Of a stretch of DNA of 64,000 nucleotides, positions 50,644 through 63,545 are shown piece after piece. The position numbers and the translations under genes are program-made. The DNA is taken from contig OX597818.1 in the NCBI GenBank assembly GCA_951406725.2, positions 30,690,001 to 30,754,000 on the forward strand. Direction: 5' to 3'. Positions within the stretch are counted from its first letter, which is position 1, and each line of letters starts with the position of its first letter. A model generated the notes under the pieces. That model made no database searches. It had not been told where the DNA came from and saw nothing but the letters and a program-made list of their open reading frames with translations. The stretch is from Octopus vulgaris (lineage: Eukaryota).

Positions 50644-51310
50644 TCAATCAGGAATGGGTAGAATCTTCAATTTTTTAAAGAGACATTTATACATATGCTT
50701 ACATCCACTGAAAATTTCTGATCTTGAGTTCAATATCACTCTGGGGATCTTAGATCTACACAAAATGTGTGTCATTTCGGCCAAACAAAGCTTACATATA
50801 TTTGAACCGTTTACCTACCTGTAGACTTTTCAGTCACCTTCCATTAAAATACGTTTGGTATTTTTTCTCCTTCAGGTCCCAAACGTAGCTAGCCAACTTC
50901 GAGGCTTTACTTTTCTCACTATGACGGAAGGTTGATAAATGGTTTGCATAGCGCTTTCTGAAAACCCCTTCACATAACCCGATGTAAGTCTTCTCATCGG
51001 TTAGATTATTGTCGTTAGGAGTTGTAATATCTTCGGCCCCGTATACAATAGCTTCAGTCATGCATCGTTGTCTAGCGAGCAGGTTTCCGGGTCGCGACAG
51101 TTACATCAGGATCCACTCTTCTGTCGTTGGCTGCGTGCCATGATACTTTTCATATTCGGACAGCAGCTATATGATAGTTTCACTGAACTCCTGTTAAACA
51201 TTTCCTGTATTTGTGGTTTTCCGGGAAGTGCTTATCCAGGAGCGCAAGGAATCTCTTACCGATGTTTGTTTTTATATTAAGGGAAAAGGGAAGGCTAACC
51301 AAATAATCAC
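50644..51310 (-). pseudogene. Penelope-like element: linker and GIY-YIG endonuclease C-terminus, frameshifted
   Basis: LPFSLNIKTNIGKRFLALLDKHFP, KLSYSCCPNMKSI, CNCRDPETCSL, AIVY..KTYIGLCEGVFRKRYANHLSTF..LASYVWDLK, CKLCLAE..LNSRSEIFSGCKH..*. Confidence 0.9.
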
Positions 51311-51566
51311 TCTTGGATGTTTTACATGTGTTTATGGATTCATCCATAAACACATATAAAACATTCAAGGGTATATTTTTTCCTCTCTGAAGATATTATG
51401 CTCAGGTCATACAAATATAAATTTAATATTTACTTAATATTTACTGAGTATTAATTGAAGCAGCTGTAATTAAAGAGGATTAATTTGCTGTTAATAATAA
51501 ACAAGTTATAAGAAAAGCCGTTGAAGTATGTGCTATTTCAAAACGGTAGAAGTGTATACTACAAGC

Positions 51567-51883
51567 AATGTAGGTGGCTTATTAGCAATTAAAATACTAA
51601 AGGCAAATTTATAAACGTCACTAAAGCGACAAGGGTACCGATTTGAATTAGCACATGCTTTCAATGGTTTTTCTTATAAATTGACGACGCGAGTTGAGCT
51701 TAACCCTGCTTCTTCATTACAGTTGGGACCTCTGTTTCCTTTGTCAACTTATTAAGTTAGTAATTTTTGTGGCTAATGACTCGTTTTGACTCTTCTTTCT
51801 AACAATTCCAATACCACTTTGTACCCTTGTCACCTTAGTTAAATTTGCCTTTAGGTTTTAATTGCTAATAAGCCACCTACATT
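51567..51883. repeat. Inverted repeat with ~65-70-bp arms
   Basis: AATGTAGGTGGCTTATTAGCAATTAAAA...GACAAGGGTAC pairs with GTACCCTTGTC...TTTTAATTGCTAATAAGCCACCTACATT. Confidence 0.85.
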
Positions 51884-52093
51884 ACGTGTGTGTGTGTGTG
51901 TGTGTCTTTGTGTCTATGTTTGTCCACCACTGCTTGATGACCGGTGTTGGTGTGTTTACGCCCCCATAACCTAGCGGTTGGGCATAAGAGACCAATAGAC
52001 TAAATGACCGGCTTTAAAGAAATAAGGAGTGGGGTCGATTCATTGTATAAAAATTCTTCAAGCTCGCAGTCTAATGACCGAAACAAGTAAAAC

Positions 52094-52180
<87 letters not shown>

Positions 52181-52330
52181 GTGAAATAGAAAGATGAATA
52201 ATCTTGTAGTAGATTAATCAAAAGTTTAACCGATACCTTAGTAGCAAAAATCACAGCAGTAAAACAGCACGGTTGGAGGTACAACCATATGGTGTTGCAA
52301 CCGTGCGTTGGTGCGGATAATTGAAATTAG

Positions 52331-52631
<301 letters not shown>

Positions 52632-54484
52632 ATATGTGTGTGTATGTATGTATAGTGTAATATGGTATGGTGTCTATGTATGTATGTATGTATGTATGTA
52701 TGTATGTATGTATGTATGTATGTATGTATGTATGTATCGGGTATTTCTGGTAAATCTCAGATATTGATTCTAAATTTGAAATTAAAAGACTGAATTAACT
52801 TTTCGTGTATGCTAATACTAGTAGGTTATGATCAATGTTGCAATTTGTTGACGACCCAACTGGAAATCATTCTACGGGCACATTTTCAAACAGAACTGTA
52901 TAACCAGTTGTGAGATACGCTTGAGCCCGAATTAGTTTTAAATGCAGTTCCCAGATTTTAAGATATCAAAAGTCCGTATTGCAATTATTCGAAACTTCGT
53001 TTCTTTTATTTATTTTGTATTTATTTTTTAAATGTAATTCCAGATAAAATTCCAGATTCCGTTCAGCTTGAGTGACAATCAGATACATTTACACCAGATG
53101 TTTTGATATCTAAAGTCAATGGTTTACCTATTTTGGAATGCATTTGTATAATTTTCTTAGGAATATTTCTTCAACCGACAATCCAAACCAACTTATTTTT
53201 TCTTTTATTTTTGAGGAAAATGGCATAATCTGTTTGTAACCATGTGTCGACATGTTTTTTTCCATGCTTACATACTTTTAAAATATTTGTAAGACGATTT
53301 TCATGTAGATTTGATTATTTTTGAAATTTTGTTATGCTTTATTTTCTTATCTGTGAATGTATTCCTTACTATTTTTTCATTAAAAAAATGTTCTAAGATT
53401 TTTTTTTTAATTTGACGAACCATTTTGAATTTTTCTTAATTAAGGGAAACAACTCCGGGAGTTTTGAAAAACAAACGGATGTTTGATGCTAAGTTGTTTC
53501 CCTTTAGATAAAATTGAAATGAATTTTGGTTGCACTGTTGGCTCATTAGCCTGTTAAATGTAGACGCATTTAACAGGGTAATAAGCTTCCTCATTGCTTG
53601 TCGCTGGTGTGTATGCCAGCACAACAGTGTTTGTCCTCCAAAGTGGTTATCGAAGCTGATGCAGTGTGTGAGTGCGCCAGAGAGAGACTGTGGCCGTTAG
53701 GCGAAGGTACTTGGGATGAATGAGAAAATTCATTTTGTGACATACGTAAATATAAATATCAGTCAGCCACAGTACCACTTGGTAGAGACACTAGTTTATG
53801 GTTTTTATTGTATGGCCTTTTACGCTCTAAGTTCAAATCCCACCGTCCTCAACTCCACCTTTCAGGCTTTCGGGGGTCGATAAAATTATCTAATGTTATA
53901 CTTACAAATTCATAAACGTCGTTAACATGAAGTGCACTACCGTGTTCCGATTACAGATTGCAAGTGTTATATATTATTTATTTCCAGGAAGTGTATTATA
54001 AAATTTTTAAACGTCATAATTCTCCTTTGCTTAAGATAACAAAATATGAAGTTTCTTTCTATTTAAGTATTTATCTATTTGGTATTTATATAAACAAAAT
54101 GCAACGTTATTTCTCTACTTTTCAAAAAAAAATTATGAAATAGGTCGCATAATAGTAAATTAAAAATGCAACCATTGCCTAGTGAAGTTACCTTCTGTTT
54201 TGCGAGTATTATTTTAGAAAGAAATCAAGTCTGTGGGTGGTAGAAGAACGTCAGCCAAAATGCCTTGCGGTCTTTAGACACGTTATTTTCCGTTCCGAGT
54301 TTTGATTATACCTGCATCGATTTGGTCTTTTATCCATCTTGGGGGTCTGTAAAATATGCCATACAGATCATGCACATGGTTGCCCAAATCGATCCTAAAA
54401 TTTGTAGCCTTGCACCAATGTAAGAAATGGTTATTTAGTCGTTCAAGAGTTCTATTTTTATCAAAAAAAATTAAGGAAAATCGT

Positions 54485-54842
54485 CAAAGCCTTGTGAGTG
54501 GATTCGGTAGACAGAAACTGAAAGAAGCCCGTCGTATATATATATGTGTGTGTGTGTGTGTGAGTGAGTGTGTATGTGTGCATATTTGTGTTTGAGTGTG
54601 TGCATGTTTGTGCGTGCGCATGCATGTGTGTGTCTTTGTCTGTGTTTGCCCTTCCACCATCGCTTAACACACGATATTGGTGTGTTTACGTCCGCGTAAC
54701 TTAGCAGTTCGGCAAAAAATAAACCAATAGAATAAGTACTAGGCTTACAAAGAAATAAGTCCTAGGATCGATTTCTTAGGCTAAAACCCTTCAAGGTGGT
54801 GCTCCAACATGGCCGCAGTAATAATGACTGAAACAAGTAAAA

Positions 54843-54888
<46 letters not shown>

Positions 54889-55042
54889 GCAAGAGTGTCT
54901 GTGTGGCAAGTAGCTTGCTTACCAACCACATGGTTCCGGGTTCAGTCCTACTGCGTGACACCTTGGGCAAACGTCTTCTACTATTAGCCTCGGGCCGACC
55001 AAATGAGTGGTTTGGTTGACGGAAGCTGAAAGAAGCCTGTTG

Positions 55043-55101
<59 letters not shown>

Positions 55102-55290
55102 CTGTGTTTGTTCCCCCAACATCACTTGACAACCGACGTTGGTGCCTTTACGTCCCCGTTACCTAGCGGTTCGGCAAAAGACACCGATAGAATAAGTACT
55201 AGATTTACAAAGAATAAGTCCTGGGGGTCACCAAAGGCGGTGCTCCAGCATGGCCGCAGTCAAATGACTGAAACAAGTGAAAGAATAAAA
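54485..55290 (+). mobile_element. Two adjacent SINE family B copies separated by (TA)n
   Basis: 54485-54845 (5'-truncated) and 54888-55290. Confidence 0.88.
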
Positions 55291-55338
55291 TGGATATAGA
55301 TATAAGCAACAGAGATAGTATTAATAACGAGAGATAGC

Positions 55339-55726
55339 ATTTATTCCCATTTAGATGTGGATGTTCTCTTAGAACAAATTTTACTGCGGTAGATGGCACG
55401 AGAGGAACTTCATATACGCTTTTATATCGCTGACGTGTTTATATCGCTGACGTCGTTTATATCGCTGACGTGTTTATAACGCTGACGGAGAGATAATTCC
55501 CCACCAACTCTATCTTTAGCAGTTGAGCGTCCACCACCGATGAGACCAAGTAAGGTCAAAATCGCGTGATCTGGTGTTCTCGGTGCCGGAGTTGGCGGAG
55601 AGATATCTCGCCGCTACTGATATATACAAGTGTGCATTTGGCACCAAGTGCCTATATGAGAGTTTCTCTTGTGGTATCTTCCGCAGTTTATTCTAACAGA
55701 ACATCCACATTTAAGTGGAAATAAAT
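55339..55726. repeat. Element with ~80-bp imperfect inverted arms enclosing a variant hammerhead (55532-55576, +)
   Basis: ATTTATTCCCATTTAGATGTGGATGTTCT.. pairs with ..AGAACATCCACATTTAAGTGGAAATAAAT. Inside is cacca-CCGATGA-gacc-aagtaa-ggtc-AAAA-tcgcgtga-TC-tggtg. Confidence 0.7.
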
Positions 55727-55812
55727 ATTAATTCATAATATAATATTAATTAAATAAAAGTTCATTAACAGTTTCTATTTTCATGCTTTCGAGAGTTTCA
55801 TAGATATAATAT

Positions 55813-56027
55813 TGGTTTCAAATTTTGGCACAAGGCCAGCAATTTCGGGGGTAGGGGCTAAATCGTTTAGATCGATCCCAGTGTTCAACTGGTACTTATT
55901 TTATCGATCCCGAAAGGATGAAAGGCAAAATTAATCTCAGTGGAATTTGAACTCAGAACGTAAAGACGGACGAAATGCCGCTAAGCATTTTGCTCGGCGC
56001 CAAAACGATTTTTCCAGCTCGCCCCCT
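55813..56027 (-). mobile_element. SINE family A
   Basis: Reverse-complement full copy. Confidence 0.9.
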
Positions 56028-56504
56028 TATTTCACATATGTAATATTGAAAATATGAAAATATCATATCCCTTTGTAATGCAATCTTTCCATATCTCTAA
56101 TGTAAATTGGTGAATATATCACGCGTTTTGTGAATGACAATTAGACTAATATTTGACGCATTTCCCGACCGTTTTTCGACAACCAGTCAAATCTCGATAA
56201 CTAATCATATTAAGATGTGCTTATGAATATCTTTGCGTACCAATGTAGCATTACTTGATATCACCCTTTGTGGCTACAGCATATTCGCAACATTAAACGT
56301 CGTATACTAGGTTGGACTCTAGTATATATATTTATGTATGTATGTAGGTCGTCTAATACGATACGAGTGAGAGAAAAAAAAAAGCAGACACTACTATGTT
56401 TGTCACTAGAGTTGGTTTCTTAATATTTATACAACCAGTGTTATAGATCAATTTCAAACCGATTTTATAATCTGTTTTCATACACGAAAGTTTGGAAAAA
56501 CCAA

Positions 56505-56912
56505 GGATTTTTTCGGTTTGAACGGCAGTTTTTAAAAATAAGTTACACATAACTAAAAACTTTTAAACTTCGTATACTGGTTGAATGTGTTTATAAAACA
56601 TATTTTTCTCTTGGCTTTATTGAGAAAATTCTATAGTTTGTAAGATATTTGTTGTATTTTTTCTTCAATTTCTGTAATTTCAACCAATCAATGACGTCTA
56701 TTGAGGTAAAAAAAACATTCTGTGCCGTATGAATATGTCCCTCGTTTAAGAAACAGATTGGGTTTATTTACATTTGTGAAGAAAAAAAGATACCTTTCCC
56801 CCTAACCCTAAAACATATTGAAATGCAATAGATCGATACTAGGGTCACAATTATGGGTGACAATATCATATGACACCGCTAGAAAAAACTGCCGTTCAAA
56901 CCGAAAAGATCC
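56505..56912. mobile_element. GGATC-type MITE, third copy
   Basis: TSD AAAACCAA at 56497-56504 and 56913-56920. Same TIRs and CCCTAA core. Confidence 0.92.
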
Positions 56913-57832
56913 AAAACCAATCTCGGCACACATTCGAATGGCTGAGAGGAAAATATAGCGACGAATCTTTACCACTAGAGGTCACAAAGAGACACACTCG
57001 GGATAAGAATGTCGTAAAGAACAGAAGGAAAAATTAGTGAGAGGAACTTTAAAAAAACGCTGGGACTGCCGGTGGTTTTGAGGCTAAGACTCGAAACCGC
57101 TGATGCAGATGCTTTAGAAAGCATGCGAGCAGCATTAAAATGCAGAGAGAGAGAGAGGGGGGGAGAGAGGGGAGGCAGGGAGGCAGGAGGCAGAGAGAGA
57201 AATAGACAGGCACACAGACGGACAGAGACATTGACAGAGAGCAAACTATACAGTCAATATAAACTTTATGATTGTATAAACTTTAATTTCCTGTCCATAT
57301 TCTTTTCGTTTATTTTCCAACTCTCGCTGTATCTGTTTGTTGTTTGTTAGGTTGTTAGTTGTTGTTGTTGTTGCTGTTGTTGTTGTTGTTATTTGATTGA
57401 TATGTTACTGTCCTTTGTTTATGGCAAATTGTTTTCCGGAATTTTCGCTTTGATGTCGATGCGCAATATACTGGTAGGTGTTGGGGAGACCCTCGAGGAC
57501 GCATGCGCTGAGGGCTCGTCTGTGAATGTTCATGTGACTTACATTATGCCTGCAAATAACGGCAAACGTAGAACAGTTCATTAATTGCTCAAGAATAATT
57601 AATAATCACAGTTTCTTTCTCGTCTTTCTTAATTATAAGTAAATTAAATATCACTTCCTGAAAAGAAATATTTGATGGCTCAAATCATTTTATATATAGA
57701 TATAGGTACACGTTTATGCATACATATATGTTGTCTATGCATACACACACAACACATACATACATACATACATACATACATACATACATACATACATACA
57801 TACATACATACATACATACATACATACATACA

Positions 57833-58088
57833 TTATGGCTGCCCCCACGTTATCGAATATGGCCATTGCACGAAGCTTAACTGTTACTGGTGCTGTGATC
57901 GAATGTGACTTTTTAACCCAGCTAAAGATCTACAATGTTTTGTACAGAATTGGCAGCTAAAACCTTTACCGTCAATGGCCGGCTGTAGTTGTAACTGGGC
58001 TTCATGTACCTTTGTATGTCGTTTAAGTCCTCCTGCCAAATTACACTCTCTTCCACATGCCTGACTGATATGATTAGAATGGTGTGTA
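57833..58088 (-). mobile_element. RTE-type LINE 3' end with terminal C2H2-like fingers, inside (CATA)n
   Basis: CGRECNLAGGLKRHTKVH..CQFCTKHCRSLAGLKSHIRSQH*, then a short 3' UTR running into the microsatellite on both flanks. Confidence 0.65.
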
Positions 58089-58129
58089 ACACATACATAC
58101 ATACATACATACATACATACATACATACA

Positions 58130-58159
<30 letters not shown>

Positions 58160-58160
<1 letters not shown>

Positions 58161-59170
58161 CATGCACTGTTGTAAATGTACAGTCCAGGTAAAAAAGAAA
58201 TTTTATGGTAAATCAACGCAGAACTTACAGCTTTTGTACTGAGACTATAAATTCTCACTTGTATCTATCATCATAGGTGCAGTAGGTTATGTATCTACAA
58301 AGCTGCACATAAACCTTGAAACATTTGGTTTTACGGACAAAAAAAGACTGACGCAGATTCTCCAAATCCAGTCTATTAGCGGCGCAGTAAAGTTTTGTAA
58401 GACATTCCAGAAATTCTCCATAAGATTCTTATGTTAATGGATGCACACACTTGGGTATATACATCGACAGCTCAACTAACAAAGCCACATACGCTGGCGA
58501 AAATAAATTTAAGACCGATGATAAAAGTTCTATTGCTTACAAAATATTTTGTTACTAACACCATACAAATTATTCCTATCTTTTACATCTTATCCAGAAT
58601 TTATTTCTCTTTCGAATGATGCAGACAATAATTATTTTAATACAACTTGAAGAATTCTAATGTTAAATTAATATAAACGTTTCAAATTTACCGGCAAAAT
58701 TAGTTTAAGACCTTGTAATAGGTATGCAAATTTTTTTGCCAAAATGGGTGGTCACACAACTAGCCTAACTGCACTATATAGTGCTATAATTTAATATTAT
58801 TATACAATTGATTAATAATGGGAAACTAATTTTGTCGGTAGATTTGAAACGTTTATATTAATTTAGCATTAGAATTCTTCAAGTTGTATAAAAATAGTTA
58901 TGGTCTGCATCAGTCGAAAGAGAAATAGATTCTGCATAAGGTGTAAAAGATAGAAATAATTTGTATGGTGTTAGTAACAAAATATTTTGTAAGAAATAGA
59001 ACTTTTATCATCGGTCTTAAATTTATTTTCGCTAGTGTATTTACAAACACTGAGAATTCTCTTCATTCAAAATGTCATGTTGCTTGGTTAGCAACCGGCT
59101 TGAACTCTCTCAGAAAGAACTTAAATTTAACTCAAAGAAAAACACCAAGAAACCAACCAACTAGCTAACA
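58160..59170 (+). mobile_element. R4/Dong-type 3' end next to (CATA)n, split by a MITE
   Basis: Collinear with 36415-37245 on both sides of the 58492-59037 insertion. Confidence 0.78.
58492..59037. mobile_element. Foldback MITE with ~215-bp TIRs and TA TSD (Tc1/mariner-type target)
   Basis: TA|CGCTGGCGAAAATAAATTTAAGACCGATGA ... TCATCGGTCTTAAATTTATTTTCGCTAGTG|TA. Confidence 0.88.
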
Positions 59171-59405
59171 CATTACGAATACGATCTGTAAGTGGAACAG
59201 TTATACGGAACTTTTCCCAAATTTAAAATGTGACATTGCTTTTGTTATCTACATTCCAATAATAGAGCTTTGTATCTTAGTTACTCAGAGGGAGAATTTA
59301 AATAAAATCAGAAGAGAATATACATACATACGTAAATACATACATACATACATACATACATACATACATACATACATACATACATACATACATACATACA
59401 TACAT

Positions 59406-60107
59406 AGTTTTAGCAATTGGGAGATTAGATTTGATACTTGACGAGATCTGCAGCCTGGACATCAAAACTTGAAAGGTACTGACACTTGTGGCAACTTCCA
59501 CATTAACGACACCGATAGGATTTATGTGAGACAAAGTGATGGCAGTAGAGGCATTAGATCAGTCCAAACAGCCTTTGAATGTCGCATTATACCACTCAGA
59601 CATTACCTGTTGAGCAGTAAAGAAAAAAATGAGTACATTCTATGCTTACGCAAAAATAAGAGCAGCAATATCTTTAGAGAAGAACAACTGAGCAGGTATT
59701 CTGAGAATACAACTACATCGTGCGGCCCAAAAGAGGCTGGACTGGTCTACCTAAACAGAAGCGTGGAAGAGAGCAGGCATCATACCAGCAAAAAGTAATG
59801 CATGGATACATGTCCCGTGAGCTAGAGGATAACAACACCATTGACAAGAAGTGTGGCCTCTCCTGAACCTGTGTTAAATACATTACATTCTACCTAGAAG
59901 GATATACCTTTGCTATCCAAGAACAGGAGAGATCTACTAAATACCTGATAAATAAGAGAGACAAAGATACTACTAAACCTCCATGTTATGCTAGAAGATG
60001 TCAGCTCTGCTATACCAGTGAGGTAGATATCATCCACATCATCACCAGCCGCTTAAAATGTCTACAAGATACTACCTACCCCTGAGGCATGATATAGTTA
60101 CAAAGAC
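59406..60107 (+). mobile_element. R4/Dong-type internal fragment (post-RT region and CCHC knuckle) after (CATA)n
   Basis: GNFHINDTDRIYVRQSDGSRG, MHGY, EGYTFAIQEQE..TKYL, CQLC..DIIHII, RYYLPLRHD. Confidence 0.82.
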
Positions 60108-60109
60108 TA

Positions 60110-60596
60110 CCGTAAATCCTCGAGTATAATCCGCATTTTCCCCCAAAATTTAATGGTCAAAATCCCTAGTGCGTACTATATACGAGGTTAAAAATGAAAA
60201 ATATTTTCTAAGCAATGTCCGAGTCTCTATTTGCTGTCCGGCAATGTTTATTCAGACACATTTTGTGATGTCGGGCGCGAAAATACCTTAAGCTAAGCCT
60301 GAAAGCAATGAAGTCATAAAAGAATCATCCATAACTTGCAGTAAGCAACATTTATTAAAATAAAAGTATTCAGAAAACAGAATAATATGTAACAAAAACA
60401 AATTGCAAACATATTTACATTCCCATACAACAATTAAGAACATCACTATTATTGTATTACGCATGCGCGGAAGCGTTTGTTCGACTAGGTGCTGCTAGCT
60501 TAATTACGCACGACTCAAGTTAAAGTAGGAAATAGGATCCATTGAGTAATGATAACCAATGACTCAAGCTGACCTGTTGAACAACAACAACAACAT

Positions 60597-60600
<4 letters not shown>
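60110..60600. mobile_element. Probable pogo/Tc2-like DNA element end truncating the LINE fragment
   Basis: Abrupt TA|CCGTAAATCCTCGAGTATAA start. The matching second terminus was not found. Confidence 0.45.
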
Positions 60601-60649
<49 letters not shown>

Positions 60650-61574
60650 TTGAGCGGAGTTGAATATCTTTAATGCTGTACTGTACTATAGATTATATCT
60701 ACAAATTTATGCTAATACTGCATGTAATAATAAACAGATTACTGGAGTGTGTAACGCTCCAATAATTTAAGATACTTTTAATCCCAATTCTGTTATAATT
60801 CATATAATATTCAATAATAATAATAATAATGTTTTCGAACATAGACACAAGACCAGATATTTAGGGAGTAAAGAACAACCGAATTGATCGAATCTAGTAT
60901 TTAAATTGTTATTTCATTTTATCGAACTTGAAAGGACAAAGGTCAAAGTCGGCATCGTCAAGATTTGAACGCACAAGCTACGCAACTAAATATCAAAAGC
61001 AATTTTTCTGCTCATCTGTACTCAATGATTTTACTAAATCAACAAATTGGCTGTTGTCAGTTCCTTCACCAAGGAATACAAAAACCACACTCCTAAGAGC
61101 AATAGTGGTTGTTTAAAAGGAAACAGACAATTGCGACTTCTGGTGTGTCGGAAATGGACGCTTCTGATGAGTTAAAATTGCATAATTTTAAAGGTTTATA
61201 ACTTCTTCATTATTAATTGTCTGAGGAAATGAATGTAATTTTTATCTTCAGAATGCAAAACTGCATCAGTAGAAAATTTGAAAATATTCCAGTGGTCGAA
61301 TAAAAACTTAAAAAGATTCGCTCACTTTCAAAATTATTAAAATGGACTAATGATAAATAAAAACATAAAAACATAAAAAATGTGTCCAATGTCTCGGAGA
61401 TCTTGAAGCAGAGCAAAAACCAAAGTGTTCCTACTGTGTACGAAATTCTTTTAATGCTGCATAAAAGATGGTTACAGGTGGATGGGATTCACAAGTAACC
61501 TTTGTAACGTTTGAGCCTAGATGTATATAAAATGAAGAAGAGGCAATAACATAAAATATGATATAATTACTTAC

Positions 61575-61666
61575 CATTTTTCAGTAACAATGTCGTAAAA
61601 TTCTACGTTGTATATACTGTTCTCGTCGGCCACGCCTCCAATAACAAATACCTTGTCGTCTAAAAT
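61575..61666 (-). CDS. Internal coding exon of a Kelch-repeat protein (KLHL10-like)
   Basis: ctctag|ATT...AAA TG|gtaagt gives 92 bp encoding ILDDKVFVIGGVADENSIYNVEFYDIVTEK(W). This is a full Kelch blade with hydrophobic-GG, VE.YD and W, bounded by canonical splice sites. Confidence 0.82.
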
Positions 61667-62034
61667 CTAGAGGTAATTATTACATTATAATTAATTCAAT
61701 AGCTTTTATCGAGACACATATACACAAAAATTAAACTTATTTTATCCATTGCTGTTGTTTTGTTTTAGTCAAGTATGATCAAACAGATCATAGCCATCTC
61801 CTTTCTTTAGGGATATCTTAGCCATCTTTTTTTTATCCAGTATCACATTTTATTTATAAAACGGTAGTGTATGATTTGAAGATGATTTGGCTGCTATTTC
61901 TGTGAAGTCGAACTTCCTCAGTGTTAGTTCGTCTCGACTGAATCATTGAATTTTAAGGAGTTACAAAGTGGTAAAAATTTCTTTTGTGAAGAGAAGGTAG
62001 GATTTTGATTGTTGATGTTGGGAATAATTTTTTT

Positions 62035-62790
62035 CGACTCTAGGCGTAAGGCCCGAAATTTTGGGGGAGGGTGTCAGTCGATTAGATCGACCCCAGTACG
62101 CAACTGGTATTTAATTTATCGACCCCGAAAGAATAAAAGGCAAAGTCGACCTCGGTGGAATTTGAACTTAGAACATAAAGACAGACGAAATACCGCTAAG
62201 CATTTCGCCCGGCGTGCTAACGTTTCCTATTTCTTTATTGCCCACAAGGGGCTAAACGTAGAGGGGACAAACAAGGATAGACAAAGAGATTAAGTCGATT
62301 ACATCAACCCAAGTACGCAACTGGTACTTAATTTATCGGCCCCGAAAGGATGTAAGGCAAAGTCGACCTTGGCGGAATTTGAACTCAGAACGTAACAGCA
62401 GACGAAATACCGCTAGGCATTTCGCCCGGCGTGCTAACATTTCTGCCGTTGGGAATAATTGTTGGAGAAATGTATTTAACTAAAAAAATGTAAAACGTAC
62501 TGAAAGCGATGAAAATATAAAGAAAATAAACGTATAATGTTAAAAAAATTCTACTTTCTGCCACACCAGGTTAAAATCTTAAGAAGTGTAAATTGGTTTT
62601 AAATCTTGGTACAAGGCCAGCAATTTCTAGAGAGGGAGTAGGTCTATTACATCGATCCCGGTGCCCCACTGCCGACCCTGGAGGAAAGGCAAAGTCTACC
62701 TCGGTTGAATTTTAACTCAGAACGTAAAGACAAACGAAATGGCGCTAAGTATTTTACCCGACGTGCTAACGATTCTGCTAACTCACCACC
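62035..62790 (-). mobile_element. SINE family A nested pair (62035-62450) plus single copy (62595-62790)
   Basis: Minus-strand junction AAAGAAATAG/GAAACGTTAGC at ~62226. Confidence 0.88.
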
Positions 62791-63189
62791 TTTTTAACAT
62801 GTGTAAATTTCCAGGCATACAAGCAGTGATGGAAATAGGGGACAGTACACAGGGAATGGCATTTCCTAATTTTGAAGCTTACAGAGGTAAGTGCCGTATT
62901 GAATTTTGTCCCACCGTCCCAATCTCGGCCTCTCGGACCTTAACGTTCGCCTCGGTCCTAATATCCATTTTCATCATTGCATACAAGAGAGTATCAGAAG
63001 CAACTAACACTTGTATGCGGTAATATCAAACTTCGAGTAGAGTAAGGTGTTTGCTTTTAAACTGCTACTGATGTACACGATGTACAAGTTCTTGAAGGTC
63101 AAAATATTGACAAGATCTCACTCAAATCGCATGTCTTAAAAAGGAAGGTCACAATGAATAAGCTATTGCTAGACACATTGTCTAAAAAA

Positions 63190-63264
<75 letters not shown>

Positions 63265-63545
63265 CTAGCTGGCGTACCCGGTATTTCCTGAGGATAAAGA
63301 TGTTCTGTTGAAACGCCTTATTACTCTGATATAAGAAAGCAATTTCGTTATAACTGCCACAAAAAGTGTATTTTCTGTCACGAAAAAATACAAAAAACTA
63401 TCAGCTGGAGGAGGTGAGATTGTTGGAGGTTGGCGAGAGAGGTTTTCGGAGGTTGGCGAGAAAGACTGTCAGAGATTGGTGAGAGAAGTTGTCGGAGGTT
63501 GGCGAGAGGCAAAGACATTATTCTGCTTAGCAAAGACATCTGGGA
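63265..63545 (-). mobile_element. Helitron 3' end, same family as 13468-14572
   Basis: Reverse-complement match to ~14320-14572, including GCCAACCTCCGA-type repeats, hairpin and CTAG at 63265-63268. May extend further right. Confidence 0.85.

Noticed and set aside
57884-58088. C2H2 zinc-finger gene exon
   Set aside because: No TGEKP-type linker or clear splice acceptor, and it is embedded in (CATA)n with a short UTR. It fits the terminal fingers of an RTE LINE better.
61400-61517. Next exon of the Kelch gene (TG|G CTC AAA ... WLKRYKGYL*)
   Set aside because: It would need a ~57-bp intron and gives no Kelch-like continuation. It cannot be supported without transcripts.
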